Virus record (IMG/VR): IMGVR_UViG_3300047557_002951
Coordinates: 95,557-159,556 of that record
DNA length: 64,000 nt
DNA from: a virus
Reading direction: 5' to 3' (one strand)
Shown here piece after piece: positions 46,470 to 57,366 of the stretch. Under the pieces are notes generated by a model that saw nothing but the letters and a program-made list of their open reading frames with translations, searched no databases and had not been told where the DNA came from. Position 1 is the stretch's first letter; the number at the start of each line of letters is the position of its first letter. The position numbers and the translations under genes are program-made.

Positions 46470-47735
46470 TCAATCTTCTACTTTCTTTGGTAGACCTTTA
46501 TGTGGAGTTTTTGCAAACTTGCGAATTTCTTTCTCTGACATGCCATCCACAATGTCAAGAACTGCTTTGCTTACCTCAGACCTTGGAGTTTCACCACGCT
46601 TTACAGAAAGAGCAAGCCCAAAGAGTTTTTGTTGTTGTTGGCTTTCTGATTTTTCTAAAAGGAATGTTTCAATTTCTTCTTTTACTCCAACTTTTCTTCT
46701 AGCTGTTTCCTTTGCTGCCACATTTACAGCAGCTTTTGTTGCTTTTCTTGCCCCTTTAATTAATGCAGCCTGGACATTTCTACCAGCTTTTGTAGTCTCA
46801 AAAGGTTTTCTCAACTCAGAACCGGCTTGACGAACTCCAGAAATTACTTTCCCTGCAGTTTGCGCTGTTTGTTGAGCTGCAGTAGATAATCCTCGTCTTG
46901 CATTACGGTCTCTTTCTATACCTTTTTGTACAAATTTGGTGGCAGAAGTTATTCCTCTAGCCAAAGCATCAAGTGCGGGTCTAGCTTTTGGTTGTGTGGC
47001 AACAGCTTTTGCCACAGCTTCATCTCCTCTTGAAACTGCAACTTTTTTAGCTACCGTTGGTTTTTTCTTAACTGCTTCCCTAGCATCAATTTCTGCCTTT
47101 ATTTCTTCATATGATTTGCCACCTTTTCTCTTCTTTGCTTTTCTAGCTTCAGTCAATAAAAAGTCTTCGGAAATGTAAAATACATATTCAACAAATTTGT
47201 CGCATCCTAGATCTTCAATTACCATTTCAAGACCATCTTCATTTAAACCTTGATCATAAAAATACTGAGCAGCAACACCAACAACTTCTTCAATATATTC
47301 CTCAGATAGTTCTACTTGTTCACCAATATTAACATTTGGATTAATATCAATTTTATTTTTAATGTCTGATCTTTCTTCTATTTTTTTCTGTTTTAGATTT
47401 TCTATATCAGATTCTACATTGCCTACTTTTTCATGTAGTTCACATCTCCAATCAGAGAATGATTCTTTCATGGATTTTTTCTTTTTGTTAAATTTGCCGC
47501 CAACTTCTCCCTTTTCATAACCTATACCATCACCATCATCGTCCCACCACCTATTTGGTTTACCCTCTTCGTCTTTATCTTCATCTTCTTTATTTTCATC
47601 TTCTTTTTTCTTCATTTTCATTTTCTCTTCAATGTACTGAAGATATTCATCTCTTTTGGAGATTACTTGTCCAGAAACAGACTCTAGATAAATCTGCTTC
47701 ATCTCATTTAAACTTTCTACGATACGATCAGACAT
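46470..47735 (-). CDS. late protein with acidic and basic segments
   Basis: C-terminal SQQQQKLFGLALSVKRGE...FAKTPHKGLP domain. Confidence 0.75.
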   Translation of the reverse strand: MSDRIVESLNEMKQIYLESVSGQVISKRDEYLQYIEEKMKMKKKEDENKEDEDKDEEGKPNRWWDDDGDGIGYEKGEVGGKFNKKKKSMKESFSDWRCELHEKVGNVESDIENLKQKKIEERSDIKNKIDINPNVNIGEQVELSEEYIEEVVGVAAQYFYDQGLNEDGLEMVIEDLGCDKFVEYVFYISEDFLLTEARKAKKRKGGKSYEEIKAEIDAREAVKKKPTVAKKVAVSRGDEAVAKAVATQPKARPALDALARGITSATKFVQKGIERDRNARRGLSTAAQQTAQTAGKVISGVRQAGSELRKPFETTKAGRNVQAALIKGARKATKAAVNVAAKETARRKVGVKEEIETFLLEKSESQQQQKLFGLALSVKRGETPRSEVSKAVLDIVDGMSEKEIRKFAKTPHKGLPKKVED

Positions 47736-47763
47736 TTGTATAAATTCTAAAAAACCTATACTG

Positions 47764-48987
47764 TTATTTATTCTTTACGCTCTTTCTATATTTTTTTATA
47801 AAATTCTTTATCTCATTTGTATCACTCATTTTCATAGCATATTCTCTATAGGAATCAGTTCCTACTAATCGTTGATCCGCTGGAACACCAGAAATATCAG
47901 TCCATTCTGTAAGATCCTTAATCCAAGATTTAAACATTATATTATCTTCAGTAACACAAATAAGATAATTTGGCCCACGACGAGTCACCTTTCCCACCAA
48001 ACCAGTATTCAAATTTTCAACAATACTACCAACTTTAAATATATTTTCTTGGTAATATTGCTCTCGTAATTCTTCGTAATCTAGTTTAGGTGCATATTCC
48101 CAAACTTCAGATACTTCTTTTGGTGCTTTATCTCCAACCATTACACGCTGAACAGCAAAAAACATTGCCTGAGAATCTTTGTCTTTCATTCTCTTAGGTA
48201 AACCAGTTTTAAATTGCTGATAATTATCATCAACTGCTGCTTTGCGAAGTTTTGATGCCGACATTCCCGTTGGTCCAGCCGCATCAGGATCTCTAGGACC
48301 TGCTGGGACTACATTGATTTCATCAAAAGAATATATTTGACCATTATATTGATTTGCCAATCTTTCAAATTCCGGCAATCTTTCAGTTCCAACTACAATA
48401 TTTACTTTTTTGTAGCCATCTTCATTCGCTCCAACCAATACATCAAATATTGTTTTCATTTTATCATCATTAACAATATTTTCCTTATAATCTGGAAACA
48501 TCTTTTTCATGTACTTAACTTTAGATGCTGGATCCAATGGATTTTTATTTGCATCCTGCGTTCTTGATGGATAAATCTTAAAATCTCCGCCAGTAGATAT
48601 TTCCTTTGCTTTTTTGATTAATTTCTCATGACCAATTGTTGGTGGATTAAATCTACCAAATACAACAGTTAGTGGAACTTCTTTGTCAATTTCTTGTGGT
48701 GCTGGTTCTTGTTTTGGTGGTGATATTCCTAATCTTTCTTTTGGTGCTGCTGGCTTTTCAAATGCTCGTTCACCTGGCTTCGCACCTTTTGGTTCTGGTT
48801 CTGCTTTTTCTGGTGATGGACTTTTTTTGCGGACCATCTCTAAGTCTCCCCCAACTGTTTGGGCTACAACTTTTCCACTTCTATCCACCCAGTTCCCATG
48901 ACCATCAGAAGTTAATCCAAGGCGATATGCCTTCTCTGATGCTCTAGAACCACGAAATTCTAATATAAATTGCGAAAACTTTTTCAT
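47764..48987 (-). CDS. cytidylyltransferase-like (HxGH) nucleotidyltransferase
   Basis: FGRFNPPTIGHEKL, MSASKLR. Confidence 0.85.
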   Translation of the reverse strand: MKKFSQFILEFRGSRASEKAYRLGLTSDGHGNWVDRSGKVVAQTVGGDLEMVRKKSPSPEKAEPEPKGAKPGERAFEKPAAPKERLGISPPKQEPAPQEIDKEVPLTVVFGRFNPPTIGHEKLIKKAKEISTGGDFKIYPSRTQDANKNPLDPASKVKYMKKMFPDYKENIVNDDKMKTIFDVLVGANEDGYKKVNIVVGTERLPEFERLANQYNGQIYSFDEINVVPAGPRDPDAAGPTGMSASKLRKAAVDDNYQQFKTGLPKRMKDKDSQAMFFAVQRVMVGDKAPKEVSEVWEYAPKLDYEELREQYYQENIFKVGSIVENLNTGLVGKVTRRGPNYLICVTEDNIMFKSWIKDLTEWTDISGVPADQRLVGTDSYREYAMKMSDTNEIKNFIKKYRKSVKNK

Positions 48988-49014
48988 TCTTGTGTGGAAT
49001 TCCTTATCTATTTA

Positions 49015-49536
49015 TTATCTACTCGATCCTCTTGTGCCATATGTACCGCCAGTTCTACTCCTATTAGTTCCTCTGCCACCAGCAGTGCGGCGATCTGCAT
49101 ATCTACCACCAGTTAATACGTCTGATGGCTGTTCATCGGCAATTTTTCTCCCAGTTCTTGGATCGTAAATGCCAGTTTTCATGACACCTGAAATTGTACC
49201 GGAACCAATTACATCTCTTCCTTTTTGTGGTTTTTCACCCCTACCAGGAACTCGTTTTGGCTTTGGTTTTCGTTTGTTTAACTCTGCGCCAACTTTAGCT
49301 GAAATATTGGCTTGTTTCGCTAATTCGGTTGCGCGATCATGTAATCCTTGAGGAACTGGCTTGCCTCTCTGAATTAATTGTTGAATTTCTCTCCTAATTT
49401 TGGCCAATTCAACTTGATCTTCATTGATAAGTTCATCATACCAATCATCGCTAGCAACATGAAGTATCTTCAATGCAGAAACCATATCATTGGCAAATCC
49501 ATTTTCTACCAAATACTCAGCGATGTATAATTCCAT
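49015..49536 (-). CDS. late protein with repeated acidic domain and basic tail
   Basis: IAEYLVENGFANDMVSALKIL; TATAAATA upstream. Confidence 0.65.
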   Translation of the reverse strand: MELYIAEYLVENGFANDMVSALKILHVASDDWYDELINEDQVELAKIRREIQQLIQRGKPVPQGLHDRATELAKQANISAKVGAELNKRKPKPKRVPGRGEKPQKGRDVIGSGTISGVMKTGIYDPRTGRKIADEQPSDVLTGGRYADRRTAGGRGTNRSRTGGTYGTRGSSR

Positions 49537-49775
49537 TTGTAACAATTAGAACTTTTTATTATTTATATTAAAAAACCTCCCGAAGGAGGTGAGATTCAAA
49601 TAATAAATTTTTCTAGCTCTTGATCCAATTGTGACATCAACGATCTGAGTCTTGAAATTCGTTCTGGCTCATACTCTTTACTATAACCAAATGTAGAAGA
49701 ATCTAAAATTTGTAAAAGATCTAATGCTGTTAGCGCATTAAGTTTTATGGTTATTTGTTTTTCTTTTGTCATAAT

Positions 49776-50273
49776 TCAAGATAGTGATTTAGATAATTCA
49801 GAATTAATCGTATATGCAATTTCTTTAGGGACATTATTATATTCTGCTCTAAAATCTCCATTTTGAATTATAATAGAACACAAATCCTCTTTTTGTACTT
49901 TATGAATGGAAAATTTATCTGGAATTCCGTTCAAATCTTCCACAAATGAAATCAACCCAACATTTTTTTCTGGAAATATATTTGGTAATTTATCTCTCCA
50001 ATCATTCCACTCAGGAGACAATTTTCTTGAATTAAATCGATTCGATATCATATCAACCACTTTATTCAATTCAGAATCCTCAAGCAAGATTGTAAAATGA
50101 TTTCTGGTAATTTCCTTTACTCCCCTGAGAATTTTACTTGATGGATTTTTTGCTACTTGTTCGGCTAGTGCCTTCCTAAGTATTGGACGCCAATTTTTCG
50201 CAAACTCAGCAGAGAAACTTGGATACTTCCTTTCTAAATCTGAAACACTAACTTTTTTAGTGGTAGTTTTCAT
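49776..50273 (-). CDS. hypothetical protein
   Basis: Coupled to mazG. Confidence 0.6.
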   Translation of the reverse strand: MKTTTKKVSVSDLERKYPSFSAEFAKNWRPILRKALAEQVAKNPSSKILRGVKEITRNHFTILLEDSELNKVVDMISNRFNSRKLSPEWNDWRDKLPNIFPEKNVGLISFVEDLNGIPDKFSIHKVQKEDLCSIIIQNGDFRAEYNNVPKEIAYTINSELSKSLS

Positions 50274-50689
50274 CAGATGTCGCCCTCTACTCGATTTTCA
50301 GATCGATAAACATCAAAAGTTCCTTCTGGATATCGAGCACTCAACTTCTCATAATTCATTTCCAAGATTTCATCAAAATTAGTATCAAGTGCCATACAAG
50401 CTTGAGCAAGATACCAACACAAGTCTCCCAACTCCCGTTTCATATGGAAAACATTTTCTTCATTATAAGGTTTACCTTGTAGAAAAATTTTTTTTACTAC
50501 CTCCGTAAATTCCCCGGCTTCGGCACTCAATCCATAAGCGGCAGTCATAAGACGAGGAACATCAGCATCATGAGCTTCAAGTTCAGACATTCTAGCCATA
50601 AGAGCTGCAAAATCAGAACTGGCTGGACTAGTAGTTTGCCTAACAAATTCAATGTATTTCTGGCTGTCAATTTTTTGATTATTTTCCAT
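50273..50689 (-). CDS. mazG: MazG-like nucleotide pyrophosphohydrolase
   Basis: EAGEFTEVVKK, ELGDLCWY, KLSARYP. Confidence 0.92.
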   Translation of the reverse strand: MENNQKIDSQKYIEFVRQTTSPASSDFAALMARMSELEAHDADVPRLMTAAYGLSAEAGEFTEVVKKIFLQGKPYNEENVFHMKRELGDLCWYLAQACMALDTNFDEILEMNYEKLSARYPEGTFDVYRSENRVEGDI

Positions 50690-52071
50690 CAGAATGTAAA
50701 ACTCCTAAATTTTTGTTTTAAGTCGGTTTGATGTGCCTCACCATTATACTCCGTTTCCTGCCCAGAGTCAAGTATGTCCTGCTGTGCTGATTGATCCACA
50801 TCATAAAGACGCATTTTCGATCGATCAATTCCAACAACAAACTTCTTGAATATAGTTGGATCCGCATATCTATTTTTAAGCTGCTTCACCATAATTTGAT
50901 TAAGTTCTTCAAGTTCTTGAGTTGAAATCAACGCAAGAAGTAAATCAGCTGTCATTGGGCCACCAATGCTTTCTGATGTATCGGTAAGATCAATATCAGA
51001 ACTGTTCATGCCACTTCGATTAACTTGAGTTGCCGTCACCAAAGGAACATTAAATTCAACTGCAAGCCCTCTAAGTTCTTCTGCGATAGATTTAATATAC
51101 CCATAAGAATTACCAGAGATGTTATTCTTATAACGAGAAGAAGAGCAGATATTCATATAATCGACTATAAGAACATCAGGAATAAAATTCTTCTTAAGTT
51201 CCAGTTCTTTAAGTAGAGACTTAAAATGACCAACATGAGCAGATGCAGTTGGATATTCTTTGATGATAAGTGATCCTTGTGTCTTTCTTGAGATGTTTGA
51301 TACTTTACTATCAAAAATTGATTTAGATAGTCCAACTAAATCTTTAATATCTACATCAAGTAAGTTTGCATCAATTCTTTCTGCAATTTTTTCTTCTGAC
51401 ATTTCAAGAGTAATGTATAATACATTTTTTCCTTGAAGTAAAGTAGATGATGCAATATGACACAAAGTCAAACTCTTACCAACGCCAGTAGATGCCATCA
51501 ATATGGTCATCGTTTTCCTGGATATTCCACCTTTTGTAATTTTATTAAAATATTCTAGATCAAAAGGAATTTTTTCTTCTTTTCTTTGATAAAATTTATA
51601 CCGTTCTTCATAATCTTGAAGATAATCATGACCGATATGATTATCGAAACTTACTGCTAAAGCCTCCGAAAGAACAGAAGGTATGGAGTCACGATTTCTT
51701 TTTTCATCATTACCGTCAGCAATTTGAATTGACTCCATCAAAGCAAGATAAATTGCTCTATCTCTACACCATTTTTCTGTGGTATCAACTAACCATTGAA
51801 GCTCTACTGGAGAATCGTCTAGTAAGTCAATAATAGATGTAACATCTTTGTATGATGTTTCATTTAAATCAGTTCTGTTTTCTATTTCAATAAGCAAAGC
51901 TTCCTTAGAAGCAAGTTCATTGTACTTAGAAACGAAAGAACATATTTCAGAAAATACTACTTTTTGCGAATAATCCTGAAAATATTCTGGCTTAATATAT
52001 GGTAGTACTTTTCTTGTGTATTCATCATTAAATACCAAATTCCTTAGAATTGTCGTTTCAACCTTTTCCAT
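50689..52071 (-). CDS. gp41: replicative helicase (T4 gp41)
   Basis: ASTGVGKS, ITLEM, VDY, TATQVNR, QLKNRY. Confidence 0.96.
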   Translation of the reverse strand: MEKVETTILRNLVFNDEYTRKVLPYIKPEYFQDYSQKVVFSEICSFVSKYNELASKEALLIEIENRTDLNETSYKDVTSIIDLLDDSPVELQWLVDTTEKWCRDRAIYLALMESIQIADGNDEKRNRDSIPSVLSEALAVSFDNHIGHDYLQDYEERYKFYQRKEEKIPFDLEYFNKITKGGISRKTMTILMASTGVGKSLTLCHIASSTLLQGKNVLYITLEMSEEKIAERIDANLLDVDIKDLVGLSKSIFDSKVSNISRKTQGSLIIKEYPTASAHVGHFKSLLKELELKKNFIPDVLIVDYMNICSSSRYKNNISGNSYGYIKSIAEELRGLAVEFNVPLVTATQVNRSGMNSSDIDLTDTSESIGGPMTADLLLALISTQELEELNQIMVKQLKNRYADPTIFKKFVVGIDRSKMRLYDVDQSAQQDILDSGQETEYNGEAHQTDLKQKFRSFTF

Positions 52072-52079
52072 TATTCAGT

Positions 52080-53084
52080 TCAATTACCATAACTAAATTC
52101 TTTTTTTGCAATTTCATCTAATTGTTGCATTACTTCATCCGTAAAATATTCTTCTGGATTTGCTAGTATTTGCTTGCCATAAATTTTCTTTCCGGCAATT
52201 TCATACCGACCTGCTTTGTTTTCCCATAGTCCACCAAGTTGACCAAGTTCCAATAATCCATAATACCGATCAAGTCCACGCTCATCATAATAAAGACGAA
52301 TTGAAACTTCTTGATTTTCTTTACTTAAACGAGATTTGAATGTTTTTGCTTTTATGATGTTTCCAATAATCTCAGTACCATCTTTTTCCTTTGACTTAGA
52401 TAGTTCAATAATTGTTGATGCCGAATACTTGAGACCTGATCCACCACTTTGGACAGTAGGAGCACCATAACCACCAACATTAGCATAGATATGATTTGTG
52501 ACAATCATTGGAATTTCAGCTTGACCCAATTTAAGTGTAAGCATTCTAAAAGCACCTTTAATTAATGAAGCTTTTGTCATGTCTCGTTTGTCATTATCAG
52601 TAAGAGCATCATTAATCTCTTTATTAGTAGAGAGCATCCCAAGACTATCAAGAACAAAGAAACATGGTTTTCTGTCTTCTTTTGGTTTTTTTAAATATAG
52701 ATCAACTGCTTTCAGTGCTTTGGTTCGAAATTCTTCTACCGTAACAACATTAATAACTACAATTCTAGAAACATCAAGTCCTCTACTCTCCAAGAGAGAC
52801 TTTGTAATCGCAGCCTCAGTATCAAAATACAAACAGTATCCTTCTGGATTTTCATCCAAAAAATTTTTAATTACAGCTAGTGCAAAGAAAGTTTTTCCAG
52901 TTGAACTCTCCCCAGAAATAGCGGTAATTTTGTTCCCTGAGACTCCACCAAAAATCGAGCCACTAACGAGAGCATTAAAAATATAAGAGCCAGTATCAAC
53001 AAATGTTTCCGATTCGTTGATTTCAGATGCCAGCTGCGTATATTCACCGCCAATTTCTTTAACAATATCTTTCAAGAAATCCAT
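52080..53084 (-). CDS. uvsX: RecA-like recombinase
   Basis: GESSTGKT, FDTE, LDSLGML, SGGSGLKY. Confidence 0.96.
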   Translation of the reverse strand: MDFLKDIVKEIGGEYTQLASEINESETFVDTGSYIFNALVSGSIFGGVSGNKITAISGESSTGKTFFALAVIKNFLDENPEGYCLYFDTEAAITKSLLESRGLDVSRIVVINVVTVEEFRTKALKAVDLYLKKPKEDRKPCFFVLDSLGMLSTNKEINDALTDNDKRDMTKASLIKGAFRMLTLKLGQAEIPMIVTNHIYANVGGYGAPTVQSGGSGLKYSASTIIELSKSKEKDGTEIIGNIIKAKTFKSRLSKENQEVSIRLYYDERGLDRYYGLLELGQLGGLWENKAGRYEIAGKKIYGKQILANPEEYFTDEVMQQLDEIAKKEFSYGN

Positions 53085-53101
53085 AGTTTTCTCCAATAAA
53101 T

Positions 53102-55603
53102 TTAAACAAAAAATGAATCAAGTGTACTTTTCTTTTCTGTATGCCAACCAATAATATGTAGAATTGCCTCTAATGGTTTCATAAATGTTTTATCAAATTG
53201 CATTTCATAATCAATGTACTTATTTAAATTAAATTCTGGTGGCAATGTTTGAATGAATGCAATGACATTTTCTTGAATTGGATTTGGAAGTTTCAAATAG
53301 CAAAATTTAATTTTTTCTCCATTCTTGATATCAGAATATTTTTTCTGAAGTTTATGCTGCTTCACATAATGATTATAAAGTATTGATCCCCTCACATGAA
53401 TTGGTGTACCTTTAATATACATTGAAAGATTTGATCTAAATTTAGTCAACTCATTTACGGATTTAGTAAATGACACCTCTTCTGGAGTGAGATTAAAAAA
53501 TTCAATCCTAGTAGTTTCAATATAATCAATTAATTCAGCTTCAGTAGATGACATAATTAACTGAATTGCTTTCTTAATTCTATCGCGGCAAAAAGCAGGA
53601 GTAGAAGATCGAATAGCCTCAATGCCAGTCATTGCAAGTTCTGGCTCTGAATACCGAACTCCTTCATTATCCCACACATTTGCGATGTATCGTTTTTTTG
53701 CCAAAAATACTGCACGATCAGTAATCTTCTCTCGCTTCATATGTAGCTTATGTGCATAAGCATTCAAGTAATCTGCAAGTTCTTTGTATGATTTGTCAAC
53801 ATAATCTTGAATTTTAGTAGAAAAAATCTGATCCAGAAAATCAATAATTTCCAGCTTTGATGGACTTTTACCCCTATAAATTGTATCTACTAAAGGTTTC
53901 ATATTCAAAAATGCAGAATCAGTATCACAATAAACTACATAATCTACATTTTCTGTTTTTAATACCTTATTGAAATACTCATTAAATTTTTTTTCTATCC
54001 AACGAATTGCAAGTTGTCCAGTATAAGTAACTGCCTCAGCATTCCTTAGATCATAAAACCTAAAATAAGGATTACCAGTTGCTCCATAACAAGAATTTAA
54101 GCAAACTTTGATCGACTGCTCCTTTATACTATACATTGAAATTTGTTTTTTAAGCTTAATATTGTGAGTTTTCTCATACTCTCTTTTAAGCTCTTTCATT
54201 TGATCTTTGTATAATTTCCTCTTTTGAAACATTTTTTCTAGAAGCTCTGGAAGAAATCCCATCTTATCTTTTCTATACATTGACCCATTTGGAGCAACAG
54301 CATATTCAAAATTATCTGGTATTTTTGCAGTTTTATCTAAAACCGAATCAATTGATATCGAAGAAAATTTTCTGTCAATCAATGTATCTGGACTCAAATT
54401 TAATAACATCATAATGTGTGGATATAGCGATGTCAAGTCCATACTTACCACATAATCATAAGAACCAGGAATTGGTTCTTTAACAAATGCACCAGCAAAT
54501 TTACTCAATTTTTCCTTTGCTTCAGACTTTAGTGGAATAACAATGTTCTGCCTGCGAAGATAATTGTAAATGATTGTATCCCACATTCTAACCTGATAGA
54601 AAACATCTTCAAAATTAGTTTTAGAATCATATGCCAACATTATAGCTAGCTCTATCATATGAAGTTTGTCTTCTAATTTATTTACGAGTTCTGTATCAAT
54701 AACATTATATTCTACGAAAGTATCCCAATCTTTATCGTAAAAATCTTTAAATGTTTCATATTGACTATGATCGAGTTTATTTTTTCCAAGCTCATTATAA
54801 GCGATAGTATCAAGTCTAAAATTCTCTGGTTTCTTAAATGAATATTTCTTATAAACATCAAGATAATCTATAATAGATACACCAAAAATATCATAGACAG
54901 TTTGTTTTTCTCCAATACGAACCTCAACTTGTCGGTCAGAAATCCAATGATATGGAGATAGTTTTTTAGTTTCTTTCTCTCCTATTATTCGGTACATTCT
55001 ACCAATAATATATGGAAAATCATAATAAGTACAATTCCAACCGGTTACAATTTCTGGGGTATTATTCTGCCAAAAATTTAAGAAGGAATGGATTAGTGCT
55101 GTTTCATCTACACAATAAATGTATTCATGGTTTTGTAATTTTTTAGAAAATTTTCTTGTACCCCATGTGTAGATTTTCTTCGATGTGTAATCTTGGATTG
55201 TAATTAATAAAATTTCTTCATCACAATTTTTTGGATCAGGGAAGCCATTTTCAGATGAAACCTCAATATCTATTGCCCAAATAGACATTTTTGATATATC
55301 ATAATCAATTTGATCTTCTTGATAATTATCAGAAATGTACTGATAAATTGGAGTTTCATTCCCGTAAATTTCAAAGCCTTCTACATCTTTGTAATTTTCA
55401 ATGTATTGTTTACACTCTTTGATTGTTCCTGGCTGTATTGGTTTTACATACTTCCCATCTAATGTCTTGTATTCAGTTTTTACTTTTGAAGCAACATAAA
55501 ATGTTGGTCTATACTCTACTACATCCGAAAATCGTTGTCCATTTTCATACCCTCTGACATAAATTCTGTTCCCAAGTTGTTTGACATTAGTATACCAACG
55601 CAT
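53102..55603 (-). CDS. gp43: family B DNA polymerase (T4 gp43)
   Basis: DIEV exonuclease motif, DLTSLYP, KVCLNSCYG, YCDTDS. Confidence 0.97.
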   Translation of the reverse strand: MRWYTNVKQLGNRIYVRGYENGQRFSDVVEYRPTFYVASKVKTEYKTLDGKYVKPIQPGTIKECKQYIENYKDVEGFEIYGNETPIYQYISDNYQEDQIDYDISKMSIWAIDIEVSSENGFPDPKNCDEEILLITIQDYTSKKIYTWGTRKFSKKLQNHEYIYCVDETALIHSFLNFWQNNTPEIVTGWNCTYYDFPYIIGRMYRIIGEKETKKLSPYHWISDRQVEVRIGEKQTVYDIFGVSIIDYLDVYKKYSFKKPENFRLDTIAYNELGKNKLDHSQYETFKDFYDKDWDTFVEYNVIDTELVNKLEDKLHMIELAIMLAYDSKTNFEDVFYQVRMWDTIIYNYLRRQNIVIPLKSEAKEKLSKFAGAFVKEPIPGSYDYVVSMDLTSLYPHIMMLLNLSPDTLIDRKFSSISIDSVLDKTAKIPDNFEYAVAPNGSMYRKDKMGFLPELLEKMFQKRKLYKDQMKELKREYEKTHNIKLKKQISMYSIKEQSIKVCLNSCYGATGNPYFRFYDLRNAEAVTYTGQLAIRWIEKKFNEYFNKVLKTENVDYVVYCDTDSAFLNMKPLVDTIYRGKSPSKLEIIDFLDQIFSTKIQDYVDKSYKELADYLNAYAHKLHMKREKITDRAVFLAKKRYIANVWDNEGVRYSEPELAMTGIEAIRSSTPAFCRDRIKKAIQLIMSSTEAELIDYIETTRIEFFNLTPEEVSFTKSVNELTKFRSNLSMYIKGTPIHVRGSILYNHYVKQHKLQKKYSDIKNGEKIKFCYLKLPNPIQENVIAFIQTLPPEFNLNKYIDYEMQFDKTFMKPLEAILHIIGWHTEKKSTLDSFFV

Positions 55604-55902
55604 TATTTTTTAATAAGTGACTTGTACTTTTTGAGAATTGTGGGTTTCGGATGTTCTATAACTGTCAGTATCTTATCGGAGCAAATTAAGAATGTTTGTT
55701 GGTCTGCAACCTCTATTAGCCATTGCTGCAAAGATATAGAGTTTGTGATTTTATCATACAAAATCACATAAGGATCATCTAGCTTACAATTTGGTTCTCC
55801 GATATCAGCGACAACTTCTTCAATTTTTGATATCAATTTTTGACCACTTTCAAGAACCAAAATTTGTATAGATTCATTTGTTTCTACTGTTGCGTCTTCC
55901 AT
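55603..55902 (-). CDS. hypothetical protein
   Basis: Likely start MEDATVE with GAGG RBS; coupled to gp43. Confidence 0.65.
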   Translation of the reverse strand: MEDATVETNESIQILVLESGQKLISKIEEVVADIGEPNCKLDDPYVILYDKITNSISLQQWLIEVADQQTFLICSDKILTVIEHPKPTILKKYKSLIKK

Positions 55903-56007
55903 GGGTACCTCATTGGTGCTCCCATCATAGCACAAAAAAAGAGGGGAGTCAACTGGTTTTTGCCAGTTCTCCCCTTTGCGCCGACGATATTTAATAGGCA
56001 GAACTAT

Positions 56008-56439
56008 TTAGAACCAAACTTTCTTCTTCTGATGTTCCGGAATAATTTTAGTAAGCCGTACACACAAGAGACCATCTTCAAATAAAACTTCTTTTACTTC
56101 AACATCATCCGATATTGTCCAAGATCTTGTAAACGCTCGTTGTGCTAGCCCATGATGGACATATTCTTTACCCGAATCCACTTCCCGTTCACCTTCGATG
56201 AACAGTTTATTATTTTCTGTGTACACAGTGATTTGATTTTTCTTAAACCCAGCCAAAGCGACTTCTAATCTAAATTCTGTGTTACTTTCACGAATTACAT
56301 TATATGGTGGATAATTAGTTTCCGTTTGATGTAATGCGCCAAATCGATGAAACCATTCATCCATTCCAATTGAATACTTTTCAATATCGTTTAGAAATTT
56401 TTCGATATTTCCAGTATTGTACCGAACTAATGCGTTCAT
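56008..56439 (-). CDS. hsp20: small heat shock protein
   Basis: NYPPYN, EVALAGF, FEDGLL. Confidence 0.95.
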   Translation of the reverse strand: MNALVRYNTGNIEKFLNDIEKYSIGMDEWFHRFGALHQTETNYPPYNVIRESNTEFRLEVALAGFKKNQITVYTENNKLFIEGEREVDSGKEYVHHGLAQRAFTRSWTISDDVEVKEVLFEDGLLCVRLTKIIPEHQKKKVWF

Positions 56440-56545
56440 GTGTTTTCTCCTTAATAAGCGAGGTAATAAGTCAAACCCGAAGCGTTTGACATTACTATTT
56501 TATAAGAGAAGTACAAAAAATCAATAGTATGAAAACCGTAAATAA

Positions 56546-56983
56546 TTATTCGGTTTCCATCCCACGCTTTTTGGAGCCGATGGAATATTTTGCTTCTAAA
56601 ATCCAATCGTCCTTTTCTTTGTAAGGAAGAACCTTGATTTGATTCAATGGAGCAATATCCGTAATTTTATCTGGATTGACTACAGTCACGAGACCCCAAT
56701 CAGAAAGGAGTTTGATGATTCGATTTCTACGCTGAACATCATTGACTGTTAGATTAGCATATTTACCATCAAGTGCAAATAGCTCCTTAAAGCTCACTAG
56801 GTAATACTTACCTTGTTTGTGGAGAATGTGAACTGATTGATATAGCTTCTTTTCTTTCCTGGAAGCAACACCAATTCTAGTTAAAGTTTCTCGAACTTTA
56901 AGGAAATCATCAGGTTCAGATAAAGATATCTCAACCATCATATCAGGAGTCCATTTTACCTGAGGTTCATTAATAGTAGTCAT
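56546..56983 (-). CDS. regA: translational repressor RegA
   Basis: DDFLKVRETLTRIGVAS, HILHKQGKYY. Confidence 0.96.
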   Translation of the reverse strand: MTTINEPQVKWTPDMMVEISLSEPDDFLKVRETLTRIGVASRKEKKLYQSVHILHKQGKYYLVSFKELFALDGKYANLTVNDVQRRNRIIKLLSDWGLVTVVNPDKITDIAPLNQIKVLPYKEKDDWILEAKYSIGSKKRGMETE

Positions 56984-57366
56984 TTTGTGCCACCAGTATC
57001 AAGTTTAGCTTTAATGTAATTAATTTGATCTTTAGATAGAATATTTAAAACTTGAGATGCTTTCTCATCATTATAGCCATAATAAGCTTTAATGTATTTT
57101 AAATTTTCTACTGTATCTTTTGTGATCCAAGAAGAAAATCTCTTCTTTTTTCTCAAACTATTTAGATAAAATGAATATTGCATATCTTTATCTAGATTGC
57201 AATGTATATTCATTTCATTTGCAAAAAGTATGGTATCTAAAAACGAAGATAAACACCTATTAATAATATATGGTGGATAAGACTTTATATTGTCTACATC
57301 TCCCCCAATCAAATTTTCTTTTGTAAAATTTACTGAGTTCAACCAGTCTTTTAATTCATAATTCAT
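56980..57366 (-). CDS. gp62: clamp loader small subunit (gp62)
   Basis: YPPYIINRCLS, ANEMN; synteny. Confidence 0.92.
   Translation of the reverse strand: MNYELKDWLNSVNFTKENLIGGDVDNIKSYPPYIINRCLSSFLDTILFANEMNIHCNLDKDMQYSFYLNSLRKKKRFSSWITKDTVENLKYIKAYYGYNDEKASQVLNILSKDQINYIKAKLDTGGTK

Noticed and set aside
39654-55603. Inteins or introns in nrdA, nrdB, gp41, uvsX or gp43
   Set aside because: All have typical lengths and contiguous motifs
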